Shown in pieces: positions 9,078-19,176 of a stretch of DNA of 64,000 nt. Within the stretch, counting starts at the first letter, position 1; every line of letters begins with the position of its first letter. Where the stretch lies: positions 7,125 to 71,124 of the forward strand of contig JAGQKV010000005.1 of NCBI GenBank assembly GCA_020429915.1. Direction: 5' to 3'. The DNA comes from Candidatus Omnitrophota bacterium (GTDB lineage Bacteria; Omnitrophota; Gorgyraeia; Zapsychrales; Zapsychraceae). The translations under genes and the position numbers were made by a program. The notes under the pieces were generated by a model that saw only the letters and a list, made by a program, of their open reading frames with translations, searched no databases and was not told where the DNA came from.

Positions 9078-9854
9078 TCAATCAAATATGATCTCTTGCA
9101 AGTCAAACACCGGGCCGTCGTAGCAAACCGTACGAAAACCCTTGGTCGTGCGTATGGAGCAGCCCAGACACGCGCCCAAGGCGCAGGCCATGATCTCCTC
9201 GCACGCCGCCTGCGCGCGCAGTTTGTGCTTCTTGGTGAATTGCTGCACCGCGTGCATCATGACGTGCGGACCGCAGGTATAGACCATCGTCGTCTGCGGA
9301 TTCAGGTCGATTTTGTCAAAATGCTCGCTGACAAATCCTTTAACGCCCGCCGTCCCGTCATTGGTGGCCACATGAATTTCACAGCCGTTGGCCTTGAATT
9401 CCTTCATTTCATACACATGCTCGCCGCTGCGGCCGCCGTACAGCAAGACCAGTTGCAGCCCGCGCTTTTTGAGTTCATCGGTCAGGATCAAAAACGGCGC
9501 CACACCGATGCCGCCGGCGACCATCACCACCTGTTTGACTCCCTCCGGCGGATGAGTGAACGGCGTGCCCACCGGGCCCAGGACGTCAATGCGGTCGCCT
9601 TTCTTCCATTGCGACATGATCCCGGTGCCGGGCCCGACGACCTCGTAAAAGACCTCAATATGTTTTTGAGCGCGGTAAACGCTGAACGGCCGGCGGAAGA
9701 AGGGCTCATAGCCGTGCGCGTTGGTACGGATATGTACGAACTGGCCGGCCCGCACGTGATCGCGGATAGCCGGCGCGTCAAAGCACAGGCGATGAAACGC
9801 CGGGCAGAGTTTTTCGTTGGAAACGACCGTGTATATGTTTTGCAGTTCGGGCAT
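9078..9854 (-). CDS. pyrK: Dihydroorotate dehydrogenase electron-transfer subunit
   Basis: Start at the internal Met MPELQNIYTVVSNEKL.... There is an FAD/NAD-binding fold and a C-terminal 2Fe-2S Cys cluster (CEEIMACALGACLGC). Upstream ORF codons overlap mutM. Confidence 0.85.
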   Translation of the reverse strand: MPELQNIYTVVSNEKLCPAFHRLCFDAPAIRDHVRAGQFVHIRTNAHGYEPFFRRPFSVYRAQKHIEVFYEVVGPGTGIMSQWKKGDRIDVLGPVGTPFTHPPEGVKQVVMVAGGIGVAPFLILTDELKKRGLQLVLLYGGRSGEHVYEMKEFKANGCEIHVATNDGTAGVKGFVSEHFDKIDLNPQTTMVYTCGPHVMMHAVQQFTKKHKLRAQAACEEIMACALGACLGCSIRTTKGFRTVCYDGPVFDLQEIIFD

Positions 9855-9859
9855 ACGGG

Positions 9860-10684
9860 TTACTTTTGACAGTGTTTGCAATAAAACGTGCTGCGCTGGG
9901 CCTGCACGATACGGATGATCGGCTGTGAACATTCCGGGCAATCTTCGTCCTGCTTACCGTATACCCGAATACGGTCCATAAACCGCCCTTTACGTCCCTG
10001 CGCGTCGCGGTAGTTGCGCATCGAGGTGCCGCGCAATCGGATCGACTCTTCCAGGATCGAAACCGTATGGCGATGAACGTCTTCGATCTGCCGAAGGGTC
10101 AGCTGCCGGGCCCGTTTCTTGGGATTCACCTTGGCCGAGAACAGGATTTCCGACGCATAGATATTGCCGATGCCCGCTATAAACTGCTGATTCATCAGCA
10201 AGGGTTTGATCGGCGAGGACCGCTTCTTGAGTTCCCGGGTGAGCCAGGCGACACTGAAGTCTTTTCCGAGCGGCTCCGGACCGATGGTCGTCAGGTAGGG
10301 AATGTCTTCCAGACGGTCAACCAGGTATAACCAGCCGAATAATCGCTGGTCATTATAATTTAAAAAGTCCCCGTTGGAAAGCCGGAAGATGACTTTGGTC
10401 TCCCCCGAACCGCCGTTTTCCCGCAAATCCGGGCCGTAAACAAAGTAGCCGGTCATCTTCACCTGGACAAAGAGATACTTCCCGCGGTCCAGGGTTATGA
10501 TGATTCCTTTGCCGCGGCGCTCGACCGCGCGGAAGGCGGCGCCGGTCATTTCACGGACAAAGCGGCCGGTGTCAAAATCGGCGATGACCCGCCGGTCGAA
10601 CACCCGCACCTCCTCAACCGTCAACCCGGTGATCTTGCGGCGCAGGCCGCGCGCCATGGTTTCCACTTCGGGTAGTTCCGGCAT
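9860..10684 (-). CDS. mutM: Formamidopyrimidine-DNA glycosylase
   Basis: Starts MPELPEVET, the catalytic N-terminal Pro of Fpg. The C-terminal zinc finger is CPECSQPI...CKHCQ. Its start overlaps the stop of the upstream gene (TAATG). Confidence 0.85.
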   Translation of the reverse strand: MPELPEVETMARGLRRKITGLTVEEVRVFDRRVIADFDTGRFVREMTGAAFRAVERRGKGIIITLDRGKYLFVQVKMTGYFVYGPDLRENGGSGETKVIFRLSNGDFLNYNDQRLFGWLYLVDRLEDIPYLTTIGPEPLGKDFSVAWLTRELKKRSSPIKPLLMNQQFIAGIGNIYASEILFSAKVNPKKRARQLTLRQIEDVHRHTVSILEESIRLRGTSMRNYRDAQGRKGRFMDRIRVYGKQDEDCPECSQPIIRIVQAQRSTFYCKHCQK

Positions 10685-12396
10685 TACATCCCCTCCAAAT
10701 CCCGCTCGGCTGCGGCGCTCCATTCCGGTTGTCCTTGCCGGATTGCCAACTCACGGGTCGCCAGCAGATGTCGCCGCGCGCTTTCTTTGTCGCCCAACGC
10801 AAAAAAGACCTGCGCTATGTGGTAATGCGCGGTCAGGTCGTCCGGATGAAACTCGAGATACCGCCGGTATGCCGCCGCGGACCGTTCGTTTTCTCCCAAT
10901 TCAAAGGCCATATAGGCCTGATTGTAATACGCCGGAACCAAGGCCGGGTCGGCCTTCAGTGCGCGTTCGTTCAAGGCAACGGCCTCGTCAAGAAGGCCCG
11001 CCTCCCAACGGAACCGCGCCAGATTGTTCAGGGCGTGGGCGAAATCCGGTTTCAGCCGGATCGCCTCCTCCAGCGCCTGCACGCCTTCCCGGCGCATGCC
11101 TTGGCGCAGATACGCGTCCGATAATCCCAGGTACGCCGACGGAAACCTCGGCTCCTTGGCGACCAAATCCGTGTAATGATCAATCTCGTTGATCCACACA
11201 TAATTCCGTGTGTGCGCCGCGAGGCCCAGTACGATCACCAGCACCGCCGCCGTCACCCGAAACATCATCTCCCGACGGATCAGCATCGACCAGACATAGC
11301 CGGCCGAAAGACACAACCCGGCCATCGAGAGGTACAGCCAGTTTTCATAAATCAGATTACGCAGGCCGAAGCTCACCCCGACGAATTCCACACTCTTGGT
11401 GATAAAAAACCAACCTAAACCGTAAGCGATCAACGGCCGCTTACGCCGGTTCGCGACTGCCGTCCAAATCAATACGCCGAGTACGCCCACCGCCATCAGA
11501 AAACGCGGCTCAAGGATACTGTGCGTAATCGGATAATAATAATCCGCCCGCAATCCCACCGGCGCGACAAACAAGCGCAGGTAGGTGACCAGCACGTTGA
11601 CCTCGGTCAGCAGCACCTTCCATTCAAACATGTTGATCCCCATCAGGTGCTGAAAATTGATCGTCGCCGACGACTTGGACTGAAAGAATATCACCGGAAA
11701 AATCAACGCGGCCAGCATGTACGCACTCAGCCATGGCATTGCGCCCCGTTTCTCGGCCAGCACTGGCCGGACGATCAGCCATTCGCATAAAACCAGCGTC
11801 GCCCCGGCGGTGATAATAATCTCCTTGGTAATAAAACCGAGCAGCAGCGGAACAAAGACCGTAGCCAACCAGAACGGACATTTTTCCGACCGGCCTTTCA
11901 TATAGAGAATATGCGCCAGCAGGTACCATGCCGTGACCATCACCGTTCCGCGCTGGGCAATAAAACTCACCGCCTGCGTCTGCACCGGATGGCAAAGAAA
12001 AATCCCCATCGCCAGCCAAGCAATCTTGCAGGGGGACAACGGTGCGTCAGGCCGACGCAAATTCACCAGCCGAACCGTCTCCCGGCAGAACACAAAAATC
12101 AGCGCGGCGTTGACCATGTGAAAAAACAGACTGAAGAGGTGATAGCCGTGCGGAGTCAGGCCGTGCAGGTGGTAATTGAGCATGAACGTCAGGCCAACCA
12201 AAAAGCGGGCATTGAACGAGGACCACAGGTCATGATAACGCAGCTGCGTGATGACAGGATTATGCGCGATAAAACGGAAGTCGTCGGAGATGAATTCTCC
12301 GGGAAGGACATGAACATAGCAGGCGAGCCCGGTCAGCAAAATGAACAACAGGGCCGGCCACGGCAGCATCAACGAAACTTTGTCAACGGTCTTCAT
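10684..12396 (-). CDS. Polytopic membrane protein with C-terminal TPR repeats (PMT/TMTC-like glycosyltransferase family candidate)
   Basis: 570 aa with about 11 TM helices, followed by TPR-like repeats (AYLGLSDAYLRQG..., AHALNNLARFRWEAG..., AYYNQAYMAFELG...). Confidence 0.65.
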   Translation of the reverse strand: MKTVDKVSLMLPWPALLFILLTGLACYVHVLPGEFISDDFRFIAHNPVITQLRYHDLWSSFNARFLVGLTFMLNYHLHGLTPHGYHLFSLFFHMVNAALIFVFCRETVRLVNLRRPDAPLSPCKIAWLAMGIFLCHPVQTQAVSFIAQRGTVMVTAWYLLAHILYMKGRSEKCPFWLATVFVPLLLGFITKEIIITAGATLVLCEWLIVRPVLAEKRGAMPWLSAYMLAALIFPVIFFQSKSSATINFQHLMGINMFEWKVLLTEVNVLVTYLRLFVAPVGLRADYYYPITHSILEPRFLMAVGVLGVLIWTAVANRRKRPLIAYGLGWFFITKSVEFVGVSFGLRNLIYENWLYLSMAGLCLSAGYVWSMLIRREMMFRVTAAVLVIVLGLAAHTRNYVWINEIDHYTDLVAKEPRFPSAYLGLSDAYLRQGMRREGVQALEEAIRLKPDFAHALNNLARFRWEAGLLDEAVALNERALKADPALVPAYYNQAYMAFELGENERSAAAYRRYLEFHPDDLTAHYHIAQVFFALGDKESARRHLLATRELAIRQGQPEWSAAAERDLEGM

Positions 12397-12866
12397 ACCT
12401 CATCAAGATCGGCGATCAATTCCTGCAGGATCGCCTTCAGGTTATGCGGCCCGGCGCAGGGAATCATGCCTTCCCGCCCCCAACCGCCCAGGTCCACAAT
12501 CGGGCGTTTGTAAACCAGTCCGTAGGAAATTTCGGAGGATGTTCCATGACTACCGGGCAAGGCGATGATCACGTCCGCGCTGGCGGCCACACAGGCATTG
12601 CGGGCGAAACCAATCGTCAACGGCAGCGCGATGTCGATATATTCATTGGCATCGGCCTTGTCCTTGCCCGGCAACAGGCCGATAGTGAGACCGCCGGCTG
12701 CCTTGGCGCCCCCGGAAGCCGCCTTCATACTCCCCATGAGTCCTCCGCAGACTAGAACAGCCCCCACCTCGGCCACAATACGACCGACATCTGTTGCCAA
12801 ACGCTCCACCGCCTCATCAATTTCTGACCCGCCGATAACCGATACCGTGATCATTTGTTTACGCAT
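12393..12866 (-). CDS. LOG/TIGR00725-family Rossmann-fold nucleotide-binding protein
   Basis: 157 aa with VSVIGGSEIDE...VLVCGGLMGSMKAASGGA...ALPGSHGT, characteristic of LOG-like lysine-decarboxylase-family proteins. Confidence 0.7.
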   Translation of the reverse strand: MRKQMITVSVIGGSEIDEAVERLATDVGRIVAEVGAVLVCGGLMGSMKAASGGAKAAGGLTIGLLPGKDKADANEYIDIALPLTIGFARNACVAASADVIIALPGSHGTSSEISYGLVYKRPIVDLGGWGREGMIPCAGPHNLKAILQELIADLDEV

Positions 12867-13034
12867 AAGTTATTCACACCCTCTCTGTTTGACAACTTCG
12901 TGGCGTACGCATCAGGCCACAATCGGCCTGAAACGCAAGATTTACTCCCCGAAAAAGGCAGTTATCCATTAATTCACTCCACATTGATACAATTTATACC
13001 AATTTTTTGGGATGTCGTGATCTCGTAAGTTTTC

Positions 13035-13063
13035 CACAACCCACAAGAAAACTGTGGATTGTG
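13035..13063. other. Near-perfect palindrome CACAAcCCACA-N7-TGTGGaTTGTG in the pyrC-LOG spacer
   Basis: An 11-bp arm with one mismatch and a 7-nt loop. No U tract follows on either strand. It may be an operator or an RNA stem-loop. Confidence 0.3.
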
Positions 13064-13113
13064 ACTATATGTAGTATGACTTATCCGCCCGCGGACAGTG
13101 TTTTTTTGCCTCG

Positions 13114-14415
13114 CTAGCGGGCCGCGACCAGCTTCAATTTGTCCTGATACACGACTCTTCCGCCGAAAATTGTAGTCTGGACCCGTCCGGTCAGTTTTGT
13201 GCCGAAAAACGGGCTGTTTTTGGACTTGGACGCCGTATCTTCGGGCGTTACTTCCCACTCCAAGTCCGGATCGATCAGGGTGATATCGGCATCGTATCCC
13301 TCGGCAATAACCCCTTTGCTTTCCATCCCGGCGATACGGGCCTGGGAAGTGGACATTTTGTCAACAACCTGTTCCCAGTTCAGGATCCCGGGTTTGACCA
13401 GTTCGGTGATCGTCAGGGCCAACGAGGTTTCGAGGCCGATGATCCCGAACGGGGCCTGTTCAAAACTGACTTCCTTGTCCTCTTTGGAGTGCGGGGCGTG
13501 ATCGGTAACGATCAGGTCGATGGTACCGTCCTTCAGACCTTCCTTAATCGCCTCCACGTCATCTGCGGTGCGCAGCGGCGGGTTCATCTTGGTATGCGTG
13601 TCGAAACTGCGGACCGCATCCTCAGTCAAGGCGAAGTGATGCGGACAGGCCTCGGCCGTGACCGGGATCCCCTGTTTTTTGGCCTGCCGGATGAGTTCGA
13701 CCGACCGCCGGCAGCTCATGTGCGCGAAGTGGACGCGTCCGCCCAGAAAATTTACCAGCTCGATATCCCGGCTGACGATGATGCTTTCGGAAATGTACGG
13801 GTCGGGTTTGATGCCGAGCATGGTCGAGGTCACCCCCTCGTTCATCGCTCCCCCGGCGCTGATCAGCGGATCCTCACAATGCTGGATCAGCAGGATGTCC
13901 ACCATTTTGGCATACTCGATGGCCCGGCGCATGAGCTGACTGTTGACGACGCTTTTGCCGTCATCGGACAAGGCCAGACAGCCGGCCTTCTTGAGATCAA
14001 ACATATCCACCAGCTCCTGGTCTTTCTGGCCGCGCGTGATCGATCCGATCGGCACGATATGACACAATCCCAAGCGCCGGGATTCGTTCAGGATCCCCTC
14101 GACGATCATCGCGTTGTCGATGACCGGACGTGTGTTGGGCATACACATCATACTGGTGAAGCCGCCCTTGACCGCGGCCTGCGAACCGCTTTCGAGGTCC
14201 TCCTTATATTCCTGGCCGGGGGTGCGCAAATGCACGTGAATGTCGATCAACCCCGGCAAGACCAGCAGCCCCTCGGCGTCGATTGTCTTGCCCGCTTTGA
14301 CCTTGAGCGACGGCGCAATTTGCTGAATTTGACCGCGGTCGATAAAGATATCCTGTTTCTGTTTTTCTTTCTTATCGGCGTTGACGATCTGAGCGTTCTT
14401 GATGAGAAGTGACAT
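13114..14415 (-). CDS. pyrC: Dihydroorotase
   Basis: 433 aa; the metal-binding HVH motif (LIDIHVHLRTPG), a cyclic amidohydrolase fold and a conserved D in the C-terminal third. Confidence 0.9.
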   Translation of the reverse strand: MSLLIKNAQIVNADKKEKQKQDIFIDRGQIQQIAPSLKVKAGKTIDAEGLLVLPGLIDIHVHLRTPGQEYKEDLESGSQAAVKGGFTSMMCMPNTRPVIDNAMIVEGILNESRRLGLCHIVPIGSITRGQKDQELVDMFDLKKAGCLALSDDGKSVVNSQLMRRAIEYAKMVDILLIQHCEDPLISAGGAMNEGVTSTMLGIKPDPYISESIIVSRDIELVNFLGGRVHFAHMSCRRSVELIRQAKKQGIPVTAEACPHHFALTEDAVRSFDTHTKMNPPLRTADDVEAIKEGLKDGTIDLIVTDHAPHSKEDKEVSFEQAPFGIIGLETSLALTITELVKPGILNWEQVVDKMSTSQARIAGMESKGVIAEGYDADITLIDPDLEWEVTPEDTASKSKNSPFFGTKLTGRVQTTIFGGRVVYQDKLKLVAAR

Positions 14416-14454
14416 ATCTTTTTCCTAAATTAGGTGGTCATTTTTGCGAAACAA

Positions 14455-14512
14455 ATTTGGAAATCCGAATATCGAATCATCGAATTCTCGAACATTCGAT
14501 ATTCGAGATCGG
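14455..14512. repeat. Intercistronic palindromic element, copy 4 (perfect 11-bp stem CGAATATCGAA / TTCGATATTCG)
   Basis: ggaaatccgaatatcgaatcatcgaattctcgaacattcgatattcgagatcgg, lying between the pyrB stop and the pyrC start. Confidence 0.6.
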
Positions 14513-14519
14513 TTCCAAG

Positions 14520-16062
<1,543 letters not shown>

Positions 16063-16094
16063 CTATGGAAATTGTGGTCAATGCTGTCATGTGA

Positions 16095-16130
16095 TCATCC
16101 TTACCGGTCTCACGGGACCGGATTTAAAGG
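16095..16130 (-). promoter_or_regulatory. PyrR-binding-loop-like RNA element
   Basis: The minus-strand RNA reads AAAUCCGGUCCCGUGAGACCGGUAAGGAU. It carries the UCC.G.GAG loop and a downstream AAGGA, as in the PyrR binding loops of Bacillus-type pyr leaders, and lies upstream of the terminator hairpin. Confidence 0.5.
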
Positions 16131-16170
16131 CGACTTACTTGCCCAAGAATACCACCGCGGCGTGATCTTG

Positions 16171-16854
16171 TCAACCGTCTTGGTCCTGGGCTTTGGCCAG
16201 ATTAAAGAGCAGCACAAACTCGCCTTTCGGGGGATGCGCCGTAAAGTGTGCGATCAGCTCCGAGGAGGGGCCGGTCTTGACCTGCTGGAATTTCTTGGTG
16301 ATCTCGCGGGCGACGCACACCTCGGGATCGGCCAGTTCCAGACGGATATCCTCCAGTGATTTCAGCAAACGGTGCGGAGATTCATAGAAAATAACCGTGC
16401 GGGTCTCGTCGGCCAGCGCAGCCAGTTTTTTCTTACGTTTGCCGGGTTTGACCGGAAGGAACCCTTCGAAGATAAAGGCGTCGGTCGGCAGCCCCGACAA
16501 CGACAACGCGGCGATCAGCGCGGTCGGCCCGGGCAGGACGTCGATTTCGATCGCGTACTCACGGGCGAGCCGGACCAGCACGTACCCCGGATCACTGATG
16601 CCCGGCGTGCCGGCATCGGTGACCAGTGCGATGTTCAGACCATCCACGAGGTATTTCAACAGCTGTTTGCTTTTAGTCTCTTTATTATGATCGTAATAGC
16701 TGGTGAGCTTGGTGGTGATACCGTATTCGTCAAGGAGTTTGCGGGTATGGCGCGTGTCCTCCGCGGCGACAAGATCGACGCCCTTGAGCGTCTCGATGGC
16801 ACGCAGGGTGATGTCTTTGAGATTGCCGATAGGGGTGGAGACGATGTAAAGCAT
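16171..16854 (-). CDS. rsmI: 16S rRNA (cytidine1402-2'-O)-methyltransferase
   Basis: 227 aa; starts MLYIVSTPIGNLKDITLRAIETLKGVDLVAAEDTR..., the tetrapyrrole-methylase-fold RsmI. Confidence 0.85.
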   Translation of the reverse strand: MLYIVSTPIGNLKDITLRAIETLKGVDLVAAEDTRHTRKLLDEYGITTKLTSYYDHNKETKSKQLLKYLVDGLNIALVTDAGTPGISDPGYVLVRLAREYAIEIDVLPGPTALIAALSLSGLPTDAFIFEGFLPVKPGKRKKKLAALADETRTVIFYESPHRLLKSLEDIRLELADPEVCVAREITKKFQQVKTGPSSELIAHFTAHPPKGEFVLLFNLAKAQDQDG

Positions 16855-16900
16855 AGGCGCCGGGCAAGAAGTTCTTGATTCCTGATTTTTGCTTCCCGCC

Positions 16901-18736
16901 CTATTCCACCGTCACCGACTTCGCCAAGTTGCGCGGCTGGTCCACATCGCAACCCCGCTTAACCGCGATGTAATAGGCAATCAACTGCAGCGGCAGGACG
17001 GCCAGCAATGGGGTCAGGAGATTATTGGTCTTGGGAACATAGATCACATGGTGTACATGTTTCTTGATGGAACGGTCGCCGGCGGTGGCCACGGCGATGA
17101 TATTGCCTTTGCGCGAATTGATCTCCTGTATATTGGAGATCATCTTGTCATAGGTATCGCTTTGCGTGGCCACGCAGATGACGGCGCGATATTCGTCGAT
17201 CAGCGCGATGGGACCGTGCTTCATTTCCCCGGCGGCGTACCCTTCGGCCGGGATGTAGGAAATTTCCTTGAGCTTCAACGCACCTTCCAGCGCCGTCGGA
17301 TAGTTCACATTACGGCCGAGGAAGAGAAAACACCCCCAATGGGAATTCTTTCGCGCCACCCGTGCGATGGCGGCTTTATCCTTGAGGACCTGCTCATACA
17401 GCCGCGGCACCTTCTTTAAATCTCTCAGCAGATCGGCGGCCTGTTTCGACTTGATCACCTTGCGGCTTTGACCAAGTTTAACGGCCAGCAGATACAGCAT
17501 ATTGAGCTGGGCGGTATAGGCCTTGGTCGAGGCGACGCCGATTTCGGGACCGGCATGGGTATAGAGGATTCCGTCCGATTCCCGTGCCAGCGACGAGCCG
17601 ATCACGTTGCAAATCGACACGATCTTGGCCCCGCGGGCCCGCGCCTCGCGCACGGCGGCGAGGGTATCGGCCGTCTCACCGGACTGGCTGATCGCCAAAA
17701 TCACGGTGTTACGCCCGATGATCGGATCGCGATAACGGAATTCGCTGGCCGCGTCGACCGTCACCGGGACCCTCGCCAGGGACTCGATAATATATTTTCC
17801 GACCATCCCGGCGTGATACGCCGTCCCGCAGGCGATAACCACGATCTGCTTCAGCGACTGGATCTGCTTCTCGGATAACCCGAGGCCTTCGAGGTGCACC
17901 TTGTTATTTTGGGTGCGGAAGTTCAGCATCTGCCGGAGCGCCGCCGGCTGTTCGTGAATTTCTTTAAGCATGAAATGCGCATAGCCGGCCTTGGCCACCG
18001 CGTCGACGGTGAATGTCACCCGGTCGACCTTGGGCCGAACCTTGCGGCCGTCGAACTTGAAGACCTCCACCCCGTCTTTGGTCAGCGCGGCCATCTCACC
18101 GTCTTTCAGATAGATCACCCGCTTGGTATGCTGCAAAATCGCGGGCACGTCCGAGGCGATAAAATTCTCGTTCTTCCCCAAACCGATAATCAACGGCGAC
18201 CCGATGCGGGCGGCCACCAGCAAATCCGGATGGTCCGTACAGATCACCCCCAAGGCAAACGCGCCGTGCAGTTCCTTGATCGCGCGCTGCACCGCGGCCT
18301 TGAGATCTCCTTTGTAATAATCACTAATCAGATGAACGATGACTTCGGTATCGGTATCCGATTTGAACTTATGGCCCTTCTTCTTCAGTCGTTCCTTGAG
18401 GACCTCATAGTTTTCGATGATGCCGTTATGGACCAAGGTGATGGTCCCGTCATTGTTACTGTGGGGATGGGCATTGACTTGATTGGGTGCCCCGTGGGTA
18501 GCCCACCGGGTATGGGAAACACCGGTATGGCCGATGGGGATGGGCTTGGACTTGACCAAATCCTGCAAATTGGCGATCTTGCCGTGGGTTTTACGCAGGA
18601 CCAGACTCTTTTGCGAGCCTTCCGGTATGATGCCCACACCGGATGAATCGTACCCGCGGTATTCCAACCTTTTGAGTCCGTCGATCAGGACCGGATACGC
18701 GTCCTTGGTCCCGACATATCCGATTATTCCACACAT
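16901..18736 (-). CDS. glmS: Glutamine--fructose-6-phosphate aminotransferase
   Basis: 611 aa; N-terminal MCGIIGY (Ntn Cys), two SIS domains and a C-terminal ...VDQPRNLAKSVTVE. Confidence 0.95.
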   Translation of the reverse strand: MCGIIGYVGTKDAYPVLIDGLKRLEYRGYDSSGVGIIPEGSQKSLVLRKTHGKIANLQDLVKSKPIPIGHTGVSHTRWATHGAPNQVNAHPHSNNDGTITLVHNGIIENYEVLKERLKKKGHKFKSDTDTEVIVHLISDYYKGDLKAAVQRAIKELHGAFALGVICTDHPDLLVAARIGSPLIIGLGKNENFIASDVPAILQHTKRVIYLKDGEMAALTKDGVEVFKFDGRKVRPKVDRVTFTVDAVAKAGYAHFMLKEIHEQPAALRQMLNFRTQNNKVHLEGLGLSEKQIQSLKQIVVIACGTAYHAGMVGKYIIESLARVPVTVDAASEFRYRDPIIGRNTVILAISQSGETADTLAAVREARARGAKIVSICNVIGSSLARESDGILYTHAGPEIGVASTKAYTAQLNMLYLLAVKLGQSRKVIKSKQAADLLRDLKKVPRLYEQVLKDKAAIARVARKNSHWGCFLFLGRNVNYPTALEGALKLKEISYIPAEGYAAGEMKHGPIALIDEYRAVICVATQSDTYDKMISNIQEINSRKGNIIAVATAGDRSIKKHVHHVIYVPKTNNLLTPLLAVLPLQLIAYYIAVKRGCDVDQPRNLAKSVTVE

Positions 18737-18771
18737 ACTTACCTAACTCCGCCCGTGCGCGGTGGCCCGGT

Positions 18772-19029
18772 TTAGGCCTTGGCAGCCGCGGCGGGACGGA
18801 TGTTAATGATCGTCACCAGTTTGTTGGCACGGCTCTTTTTACGGGTAAAATACACCTCGCCGTCGCATTTCGCCACCAAATGCATGCCGCCGACTACGTT
18901 CTGACCGGGCTTCCAACGATGGCCTTCCCGGGTCAGAATGGTCCCCGCCTTGACTCTTTGTCCGCCGCTGGTCTTCAGCCCCTTGGTTTCGCGGTAATAT
19001 TTAGCCGTTGTTCCGCCTACTCGTACCAT
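18772..19029 (-). CDS. rpmA: 50S ribosomal protein L27 (divergent N-terminus)
   Basis: 85 aa; the core ...VKAGTILTREGHRWKPGQNVVGGMHLVAKCDGEVYFTRKK... fits the L27 pattern. The N-terminus lacks the usual AHKKG motif. Confidence 0.7.
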   Translation of the reverse strand: MVRVGGTTAKYYRETKGLKTSGGQRVKAGTILTREGHRWKPGQNVVGGMHLVAKCDGEVYFTRKKSRANKLVTIINIRPAAAAKA

Positions 19030-19085
19030 TATTGCCTCCAGATGATGCTCGTGAAATCACGAAAGTTGTCTTGAAATAGTCTCAA

Positions 19086-19114
19086 AGTATATATGAAAAC
19101 CGTTAAAATATCAA
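19086..19114 (-). promoter_or_regulatory. sigma70-like promoter upstream of rpmA
   Basis: On the minus strand, -35 TTGATA (rc of 19109-19114), a 17-nt spacer and -10 TATACT (rc of 19086-19091). A GGAGG RBS lies 7 nt before the rpmA ATG. Confidence 0.4.
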
Positions 19115-19150
19115 ACAAAATCCTACGCCCCCATAGGGGGAGCGTAGGAT
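19105..19150 (-). terminator. Rho-independent terminator after the dsbA-like gene
   Basis: The minus-strand RNA reads AUCCUACGCUCCCCCUAUGGGGGCGUAGGAUUUUGUUUGAUAUUUU: a GC-rich 11-12 bp hairpin (19122-19149) followed by a U-rich tract. Confidence 0.65.
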
Positions 19151-19176
19151 TCGGAATCAGTCGGAAAGAACCGCTC

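Noticed and set aside
12974-13258. 94-aa minus-strand ORF in the pyrC-LOG spacer.
   Set aside because: It overlaps the 3' end of pyrC, is Arg/Lys-rich, and has no RBS or homology. The region is better explained as a promoter or regulatory spacer.
2141-14512. Whether the four TCGAATATCGAA-type repeat loci are a CRISPR array or remnants of one.
   Set aside because: The loci are tens of kb apart. The repeats inside each are inverted, not direct with unique spacers. The unit size is 10-12 nt, not 24-48. No cas genes are present.
18737-18771. A glmS ribozyme or riboswitch upstream of glmS.
   Set aside because: Only a 35-nt gap separates rpmA and glmS, which is too short. No conserved glmS-ribozyme core was seen.
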